A stretch of 23,462 nt of DNA, taken from assembly GCA_046757165.1 (NCBI GenBank), contig JBHHXT010000063.1, positions 1 to 23,462 of the forward strand. Direction: 5' to 3'. The notes under the pieces are model-generated. The model was not told the origin of the DNA. It made no database searches and saw only the letters and a program-made list of their open reading frames with translations. Shown piece after piece: positions 17,181 to 23,462 of the stretch (positions are counted from its first letter, which is position 1; the number at the start of each line of letters is the position of its first letter). The position numbers and the translations under genes were made by a program. The stretch is from a bacterium. Lineage in GTDB: Bacteria; Zhuqueibacterota; Zhuqueibacteria; Oceanimicrobiales; Oceanimicrobiaceae.

Positions 17181-17993
17181 ATGAAGGTTAAACAAGAACT
17201 AAAAGTCACCATTACGATTTTCTTTCTGATGGCAGTCGGATGTAGCTCATATCATGTCAAGCCCGATATTGCTGCACAAGAGCGGTTCAAGTTGGCAAGG
17301 TTGATGTTCAAGAATAGAGATTATTTTGATGCCAAGAGCCAATTCAAGATCATTACCTTGAACAATCCCGGGGCCTCATTTGTGGACGAAGCGCAGTATT
17401 TCTTGGGAGAGTGTCATTTTCACCTGAAGGAATACGTGATCGCATCAGACGAGTTTAATCGCCTGGTCAGACTTTACCCAAAGAGCCAGTGGGTTGACGA
17501 CGCGCAGTTCAAGAGCGCGTATTGTGACTACAAACTGTCGCCCAAACCATCGCTGGACCAAACCTACACCGTCAAGGCCGTGGAGAATTTCCAGCGCTTT
17601 ATTGAGGACTTCCCAAACAGTGACCTGATTCCCCAGGCCGAAGCGCTGCTGAAAATCTGCCGCACCAAACTGTCCGAAAAAGAATTCAAGGCTGGCGAGC
17701 TTTATCGCAAAATGGGGGATTGCGTTGGTGCTTACGTCTACTTCAGCAGCGTTGCGGACAATTACTATGATACCAGGTTTGCTGAGCGCGCCATCTACTG
17801 GAAAGCTGAATGTCTGTTCAAAATGCGCCGCAACCAGGAGGCAAGGACCTCCTTTGAGGAATTGTTACGAAGGTACCCTCGCAGTGAATTCACCCCAAAA
17901 GCAAAGGAGCGTCTCGAGAGAATCGATGGCCTTCTGGTGAAAGCGCGTGAAGCCAACGGTGTCTCCCCCCTGGGTAGTCAAACAAAAAATTGA
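17181..17993 (+). CDS. bamD: Outer membrane protein assembly factor BamD (TPR lipoprotein)
   Basis: Lipobox MAVG-C, TPR repeats (AQYFLGECHF, LYPKSQWVDDAQF), SPKPSLDQTYT, FIEDFPNS and KLSEKEFKAGELY. Confidence 0.9.
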   Translation: MKVKQELKVTITIFFLMAVGCSSYHVKPDIAAQERFKLARLMFKNRDYFDAKSQFKIITLNNPGASFVDEAQYFLGECHFHLKEYVIASDEFNRLVRLYPKSQWVDDAQFKSAYCDYKLSPKPSLDQTYTVKAVENFQRFIEDFPNSDLIPQAEALLKICRTKLSEKEFKAGELYRKMGDCVGAYVYFSSVADNYYDTRFAERAIYWKAECLFKMRRNQEARTSFEELLRRYPRSEFTPKAKERLERIDGLLVKAREANGVSPLGSQTKN

Positions 17994-18002
17994 CGGCCAA
18001 AC

Positions 18003-18584
18003 GTGAAGATCGGATTATATGGAGGGACATTCGATCCTATTCATTGTGCTCACTTGATTATCGCACAGTTCGTCAAAGAAGAACTCGAGCTGGACAAAGT
18101 CATTTTCATCCCGGCGGCCCATCCGCCGCACAAGCGGGTCTTTGCGCCGTCACACCTGCGTTTGGAGATGGTTTGGCGAGCGATTGCCGGCAATCCGGCC
18201 TTTGAATGTTCCGAGATTGAGATAAACCAGGAAGATATCTCATACAGTGTCGACACCATTGCCAGGCTCAAGGAGGAATACCAGTTGCCGCGCGAAGAGC
18301 TTTTCTGGATCATCGGCTCCGACAACTTCATCGATTTCGCGAGCTGGAAAGAGCCGAGCCGAATCGTCAGCTTGTGTCAGACGATTGTTTTCCCGAGAAA
18401 TAATGTCGATTTTGAGAGCGGGCCAGATACATTCAAGCGCGAGGCGATGTATCTGAAAGACGCGCCCATTGTGGCCATCTCGTCAACTCTAATCCGGTCA
18501 TTCGTTGCGCAGAGCCGGTCCATATCGTACCTTGTCCCTCCGGCGGTTGAACAGCTCATCACCTCCAATAATTTGTATCGCTAA
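18003..18584 (+). CDS. nadD: Nicotinate-nucleotide adenylyltransferase
   Basis: GLYGGTFDPIHCAH (HxGH-like), PPHK, SYSVDT, IIGSDN, WKEP and ISSTLIR. Confidence 0.96.
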   Translation: MKIGLYGGTFDPIHCAHLIIAQFVKEELELDKVIFIPAAHPPHKRVFAPSHLRLEMVWRAIAGNPAFECSEIEINQEDISYSVDTIARLKEEYQLPREELFWIIGSDNFIDFASWKEPSRIVSLCQTIVFPRNNVDFESGPDTFKREAMYLKDAPIVAISSTLIRSFVAQSRSISYLVPPAVEQLITSNNLYR

Positions 18585-18657
18585 GCGACGGATAATTAAT
18601 AGGTTGCAGTCATCCTCGCTTCCCTTGTTTTCATCGTGTTACTTCGACAAAAAACGC

Positions 18658-18686
18658 TTGCTTTTCACTCTTTAATACATTATTTT
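18658..18686 (+). promoter_or_regulatory. Candidate sigma70 promoter for the acidic protein-Nudix-biotinyl genes
   Basis: TTGCTT (18658-18663), 17-nt spacer, TATTTT (18681-18686); preceded by the same CAAAAAACGC as the mutS promoter. Confidence 0.5.
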
Positions 18687-18762
18687 TTGGGCATCCTGAG
18701 CGGGGATGAGCACAGAGTGTTCCAATAATCAGTTTATGTAATTTTGGACTTTGGAGGAGGCA

Positions 18763-19002
18763 ATGCAAAGCGAAGGTTACGAAAGTCATCATTACCATAA
18801 ACTAAGCCTGGAGCCGAATGACCTCGGTTTTGAATATGATCCTGATGATGAGTGGGAGGAAGATGATTTTGACGATTATGAGGATGACTTAGATGGTGAT
18901 TTCGAAGGATTTGATGATGAAGAGTACTATGCTGACGACGAGGATTGGGAAGAGGAAGAGGACTGGGGTGACCCGGACTGGAACGAAGAAGACTGGAACT
19001 GA
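18763..19002 (+). CDS. Small hyper-acidic, aromatic-rich hypothetical protein (79 aa)
   Basis: GGAGGAGG RBS at 18753-18760 and ATG 18763; 39/79 residues are D/E, with one K and no R; varied codons, so not a simple tandem DNA repeat. Confidence 0.75.
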   Translation: MQSEGYESHHYHKLSLEPNDLGFEYDPDDEWEEDDFDDYEDDLDGDFEGFDDEEYYADDEDWEEEEDWGDPDWNEEDWN

Positions 19003-19014
19003 TAGGCCGCTGAG

Positions 19015-19455
19015 TTGCAAACGCGGAAGTATCCCACACACCCGTTGATTGCTGTTGGTGCGGTCATCTTCAGGAATGACCGCCTGTTGCTGATAAAGAG
19101 GAGACACGAACCGAAAGCTGACTATTGGACCTTGCCGGGCGGGCTGGTGGAAGTGGGAGAAAACACTCGCGAGGCCCTGGTTCGAGAAGTTCGTGAAGAG
19201 TGCAACGTGCTTGTTAAACCGACCCGGATTGTTGATGTGATCGATTACGTTGAACGAGACCAGACCCAAAGAGTAAGATACCACTACGTCCTGGTGGACT
19301 TTGAGGCGGAATACATTTCAGGCACGGCGTTTGCTTCGTCAGACGCCGTTGAAGTCAAATGGTTCTCGACCGACGAGCTGCGCCAGGCCAACTTGCCGGA
19401 TATGACCAGAGACTTCCTGAGCAAGCATTACAGACTTCAAACAAAGAGCGCGTAA
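19015..19455 (+). CDS. Nudix hydrolase (ADP-ribose pyrophosphatase YjhB-like)
   Basis: RKYPTHPLIAVGAV, WTLPGG, Nudix box GLVEVGENTREALVREVREECNV, RYHYVLVDF and SSDA; TTG start. Confidence 0.92.
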   Translation: MQTRKYPTHPLIAVGAVIFRNDRLLLIKRRHEPKADYWTLPGGLVEVGENTREALVREVREECNVLVKPTRIVDVIDYVERDQTQRVRYHYVLVDFEAEYISGTAFASSDAVEVKWFSTDELRQANLPDMTRDFLSKHYRLQTKSA

Positions 19456-19468
19456 AAGCATCGTGGCG

Positions 19469-19969
19469 ATGAAGTACTTTGCGAGCATCGACGATCGTGA
19501 GATAGCGCTTGAAATAGACGATGATGCAGGCACAACCGTGTCCCTGAACGGGTCTTCAAGCCAGTCCGAGCTCATCGCCATCAAAGACCACCTCCTGTCT
19601 CTGAAGCTTGACGGGCGCTCCTACCAGGTGTTCATTGAGTCGAACGGGAATCATTATGTGGTGTCACTCAACGGCAAGAAATATGAAGTCACCCTCGATG
19701 ACGAAAAAAGCAGACTCATAAAAAGCCTGATCAAGCTCGAAGACTCCGGGCACGGCCACGCTGAGGTCAAGGCACCCATGCCGGGTCTGATTGTCAAAAT
19801 TCTCGCAACGGAAGGCCAAAGAATCAAAAAGGGCGACAGCCTTTGTATCATAGAAGCCATGAAGATGGAGAACGAGATTCGTTCAAACGTCGAGGGGACC
19901 GTTACCAGAATTCATACGAAAGAGAAAGAGTCGGTCGACAAGGATGCGGTTTTGATGGTGATCGAATGA
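19469..19969 (+). CDS. Biotin carboxyl carrier (biotinyl-domain) protein, acyl-CoA carboxylase type
   Basis: VKAPMPGLIV and IIEAMKMENEI (biotinylated Lys); N-terminal beta-rich BT-like region. Start is ATG 19469 or GTG 19463. Confidence 0.92.
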   Translation: MKYFASIDDREIALEIDDDAGTTVSLNGSSSQSELIAIKDHLLSLKLDGRSYQVFIESNGNHYVVSLNGKKYEVTLDDEKSRLIKSLIKLEDSGHGHAEVKAPMPGLIVKILATEGQRIKKGDSLCIIEAMKMENEIRSNVEGTVTRIHTKEKESVDKDAVLMVIE

Positions 19970-20053
19970 CCGGCCTGCAAGCTTGCCTCCTACACATGCC
20001 TGAAAATTGAGCGTTTCTTCCTATTCTTTGACGAATGGAGATCACGTTAGTCG

Positions 20054-23044
20054 ATGAGTGTTCGTTATCTGCCCCTGTTGGTTTGCTGTTTGGTGTGTTT
20101 ACAGCATGAAAGTGCCCCTGCTTCAGAGTCGAACAAAATCAGGATACCACAGAGTGTATCGCATTTCAGAACCATTGGGCGAGACAGGTCAGGCCCCGGG
20201 AGCAGGCTGAACCGACCCTTTATCAGCGCCTCGCCACTCGTGCTGGAGGCGATGACTCGCAGAACAGCTCTGGGCAAAGCAATCGCTGCAATGCAGGCCG
20301 GAGCACAAGAGCCGGGCCTGTTCACAACCTTCACCACGATCGATTTTTCAGCGAGCCTCTTTTCTTTCAAGAACATCACAGCCAGGTTAGCGAGAAAAGG
20401 CAAACATGCCTACATTTATGTTGACACGACTCAAACCGTCAAAGATGAACGGTTAGAGGAAATTCTATCCATTTTTGACAATCAAATCTATCCGACGAAT
20501 TTGGCTGTATTTGGTCCCGAGCCAGAACCGGGGACAAGCGACGACAGGATGATCGCGATTGTCTTCACCCCAATCGAGTCCCCGAAAACTCAGGCAGCAG
20601 AATTTTCCGGGTATTTCTGGCCGGGCCATCAAGTTCCGCAAGGGAAGACGGCTCACAACAACCAGAGAGAGCGGCTCCATATCAACGTTGCGCAACTAAA
20701 GCAGCATGGCGTACGCGCGGCGGCCGCCGCCATTGCGCAGGAGTTGCAATACTTGATTCATTGGAATCATGATCGCAACGAAGAGATGTGGCTCAACGCC
20801 GGCTTGTCTGAGTATGCTGCATTCATCAATGGTTTCGGACCCCCGGCATCGCTGCCGCAGTTCCTGCGCAGCCCAAACAGAAGTCTGACAAGCTGGTCGA
20901 ATCGACCTGAGGACTTTGCCCGGTCGTTCTTGTGGATTCTCTATTTGGCAGAGAGATTTGGTGGTGGTGCGTTCATCCGAGAATTGTCTGCGACCCGGTT
21001 GACTGGCCTGGATGCCATTGCAGCCATTTTGCATGAACACGCTCCCGAGCTCTCGATTGAGGAGGTCTTCTCTGACTGGATTCTGGCAAATTACTTGAAC
21101 GTCAATTCCAAGGACTATCCTGAGCTCGGCTATCTGTCCATTGATTTGCCCCCGGGGAGAACGACGAAGCGGTGGAGCTTTTTGCCAGTCTCGACCATAA
21201 GAGGTGAGATTTTCCCGTATGCGGCAGAGTACTGTCTTTTTGCCGGCGGACGGGACCTCATTCTGAAACTGGATGGCACGGAGAGCAAGGTTCAATTTCG
21301 AGCCAAAGTTGTCAAACTGACCAACAAGCGTATCTCCGAAATCTCTGATTTTCCGGTCAGCGATGACAACAACGGGATTCTGCCTTTGCTTGATTTCGGA
21401 GCGGGCTTTGATGAAGTCCTGTTGGTGCCATACAGTACGGCCAACCCGGTGAAGGGCGAGCGACTCGTGTTTGAAATAGAGGCAAACGGCAGAGGGGGAC
21501 CAGCGACATTCCGGGACACCTTGCACTATCATGATACAGCGAGTCAGATCATCCTGCCGTTTGGTTTCCCGACTCCCCTTCTGGAGCCTGGTCAGGGCGA
21601 TGGCTGTGCCGTTCGTTTTACTTCACCGCATGATGGCGTCTTGTTGGGCGCAGAGTTCGGATTCTGGGATTTGACTTCGTACTCGGGCAAGGTTCGTGGA
21701 TTTGTCAGGGCCAGTGCATCGGATTCCACGGGACGGCCAGGTGCCTGGTTAGACTCGTTGGTGCTCTCCGGTCTGACGGGTCGCCCGGGCGAGCTCACGT
21801 GGTATGGGGTCGACCTCGGGTCAAGAAACATCGCAGTTGAGGGAGGAGAAGATTTCTTTGTTGGCCTCGAGATTGACGCGGCGAATACCGCGGACACCCT
21901 TTTTGTCGCATTGGACACGGCGAAAACTCCGACCGGGCGCTCGTTCATATCCGTCATCGAGGATGGAAAGGCAGAGTGGAGGGGATTTGCCAACGGCTAT
22001 AATCTGCTCGTAAAGGTTATTCTGTCCGTGCCTGCTGATCTGGAATCCCCTGAGATAATCATCGATATCGTTGAAAATCCTGCACAACCGGACGCATTCG
22101 AGGTGGCCGTTTTTAGCGCGAGGCCGCTTGATCCGTCCACGCTCACCGGCACGCTCTCGCAGGCTGAGATTCTGATGCCTCTCGAGTTCGCTGCTGTGAG
22201 TGATTCTAATCTGGTTTTTACATGTGATGCTTTGACGTTGTCCACTCCCGGACCAGCAGAGGTCAATGTTTCGGCCAGGCACGTCTTCGGCTCCATTCTT
22301 GGCACCGATACTCTCGTCCTGAATGTCGATCATTATGACCCGGCCAGCAAAGGCAGCATCCACAGTCCGGACAATCGGTTTCAAATCAAATTGCCGCCAG
22401 GGGTTCTCGACGAGAGTCGTAATTTTGTCACCTATACAACGGATCTTTTCTCGACCGGTCAGTGGGATGATGCTGCGTTGGAGGGCAGTTCTTATGTAAG
22501 TTCTGGCCTGGAGTACACCGTCAGACCAGGAGACCTGACCTTCAACGAGATGGTCGAGGTCAGCTTCGACTACCTGGAGAATGCCGATGCCATGCTGTCC
22601 GAGAACAATCTCACTATCGCCTTTCTTGAAGAGGGCGAGTGCTTGATTCTGGGCGGTGAGCTTTATCGGGAGGAGAAGGCGATCAGAGTGCTGTCAAACC
22701 GCACAGGAACGTATAGTCTCGTCATCAAGCAATTTGACGTGCTCGAGACTGAGGTTTCTTTGCCGGAGCGGTTCTTTTTGCAGCAGAATTATCCCAATCC
22801 TTTCAATCCGAAAACCACCATCAAGTTTGGCCTGCCCGAGAGTCGTTACACCACCCTTCGCATTGTCAACCTGAAAGGCCAGATCATCGCAACTCTGCTC
22901 GACGGCGATCTGCCGGCCGGTGAGCACGTCGTCGAATGGGACGGGACCGATGACAACAAGGTACCGGTTGCCAGCGGCGTCTACCTCTATCAGCTCAAGA
23001 CCGACACGTTCGTTGAGACCAAGAAGCTGGTGCTGGTCAAATAA
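20054..23044 (+). CDS. Secreted multidomain protein: degenerate gluzincin (M30-like) domain, beta-sandwich domains, ZU5-like region and C-terminal FlgD-Ig/T9SS type A sorting domain
   Basis: Signal peptide; FDNQIYPTNLAVFGPEP, SGYF, IAQELQYLIHWNHDRNEEMWLNAGLSEYA and SLTSW; C-terminal LQQNYPNPFNPKTTIKFGLP...WDGTD...ASGVYLYQL...KKLVLVK. Confidence 0.88.
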   Translation: MSVRYLPLLVCCLVCLQHESAPASESNKIRIPQSVSHFRTIGRDRSGPGSRLNRPFISASPLVLEAMTRRTALGKAIAAMQAGAQEPGLFTTFTTIDFSASLFSFKNITARLARKGKHAYIYVDTTQTVKDERLEEILSIFDNQIYPTNLAVFGPEPEPGTSDDRMIAIVFTPIESPKTQAAEFSGYFWPGHQVPQGKTAHNNQRERLHINVAQLKQHGVRAAAAAIAQELQYLIHWNHDRNEEMWLNAGLSEYAAFINGFGPPASLPQFLRSPNRSLTSWSNRPEDFARSFLWILYLAERFGGGAFIRELSATRLTGLDAIAAILHEHAPELSIEEVFSDWILANYLNVNSKDYPELGYLSIDLPPGRTTKRWSFLPVSTIRGEIFPYAAEYCLFAGGRDLILKLDGTESKVQFRAKVVKLTNKRISEISDFPVSDDNNGILPLLDFGAGFDEVLLVPYSTANPVKGERLVFEIEANGRGGPATFRDTLHYHDTASQIILPFGFPTPLLEPGQGDGCAVRFTSPHDGVLLGAEFGFWDLTSYSGKVRGFVRASASDSTGRPGAWLDSLVLSGLTGRPGELTWYGVDLGSRNIAVEGGEDFFVGLEIDAANTADTLFVALDTAKTPTGRSFISVIEDGKAEWRGFANGYNLLVKVILSVPADLESPEIIIDIVENPAQPDAFEVAVFSARPLDPSTLTGTLSQAEILMPLEFAAVSDSNLVFTCDALTLSTPGPAEVNVSARHVFGSILGTDTLVLNVDHYDPASKGSIHSPDNRFQIKLPPGVLDESRNFVTYTTDLFSTGQWDDAALEGSSYVSSGLEYTVRPGDLTFNEMVEVSFDYLENADAMLSENNLTIAFLEEGECLILGGELYREEKAIRVLSNRTGTYSLVIKQFDVLETEVSLPERFFLQQNYPNPFNPKTTIKFGLPESRYTTLRIVNLKGQIIATLLDGDLPAGEHVVEWDGTDDNKVPVASGVYLYQLKTDTFVETKKLVLVK

Positions 23045-23108
23045 GACACATGTCCTGATCCGCCAGCCGTTTCGAGGCTCGAGCACCACGTTAACCGTCA
23101 AGCAGGGA

Positions 23109-23384
23109 TGCAGGTGAGTCAACCCTTCGGGACTTTCGATGGTGAAGGGAGGAATGGCCCGGTACTTCTAAACGGCAAACCGGTCTGAATCCTTCTTCTG
23201 CCCAGAATCGCTTCAAGGAGAACTGACCCCGTGCTATCCACTGAGTTTCACCGAAGTTGTTTTTTGTGTTTTTTGGCTTGCATGCCCGAGCAACACAACC
23301 TTGCGAAGGTTTCGAACCTTCGCAAGGTTTTAGATGCAGCCTGCCCGGCTTCGCAGGAATGTTGCAGGTTAGTCAACCCTTCGG
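23109..23384 (+). repeat. Dispersed 22-bp direct repeat (two copies, 254 bp apart)
   Basis: TGCAGGTGAGTCAACCCTTCGG (23109-23130) and TGCAGGTTAGTCAACCCTTCGG (23363-23384), 21/22 identical. Confidence 0.8.
23297..23329. repeat. Perfect 15-bp inverted repeat whose arms are themselves palindromic (REP-like)
   Basis: AACCTTGCGAAGGTT-TCG-AACCTTCGCAAGGTT; each arm is AACCTT-N3-AAGGTT. Confidence 0.85.
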
Positions 23385-23462
23385 TGAAACTCGGTGGTTT
23401 CGGTCAACTAACTCTGCCAACATGGTGAGGCGAGGGCACGCCGGTTTCCGCAGATCGAAGCG

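Noticed and set aside
170..19455. Dedicated NAD-metabolism or NAD-based defence system (nadK, nadD, Nudix, oxidoreductase)
   Set aside because: The genes are scattered in different transcription units among housekeeping genes, with no SIR2/TIR/NADase or other defence domains.
23118..23415. GTCAAC motifs as the start of an IS200/IS605 omega-RNA/HEARO element
   Set aside because: They are not followed by the typical (T/C)ACCCC-hairpin end, and no IscB/TnpB ORF is visible before the window ends.

Overview
Mostly housekeeping bacterial chromosome with every credible gene on the + strand: nadK, mutS, a PorV/PorQ-like outer-membrane barrel, a yicC-gmk-rpoZ-coaBC-udg-dnaB-rel run behind a perfect TTGACA-N17-TATAAT promoter, HU/IHF, ruvX(yqgF), a Gfo/Idh/MocA oxidoreductase, a second PorV/FadL-like barrel, an unknown exported protein, bamD, nadD, a 79-aa hyper-acidic protein, a Nudix hydrolase, a stand-alone biotinyl-domain protein and a 996-aa secreted protein with a T9SS/FlgD-type C-terminal sorting domain. 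The Bacteroidota-style omega subunit, PorV-like barrels and NYPNPFNP sorting domain, combined with E. coli-type sigma70 promoters and Shine-Dalgarno sites, suggest a non-Bacteroidia FCB-superphylum lineage such as KSB1 or Calditrichota (inference). I see no CRISPR array, rRNA, tRNA, prophage or intact transposase, and I cannot claim a complete new multi-gene system. The best leads are: (1) a hyper-acidic, aromatic-rich small protein with its own promoter and RBS; (2) a secreted metallopeptidase-like protein lacking all three zinc ligands; (3) a dense set of different palindromic/MITE/REP elements in the intergenic gaps, including a nested one after mutS and one in the mutS 5' leader; (4) a 13-bp motif shared by two promoters; (5) an in-frame 19-codon uORF abutting the HU/IHF gene.
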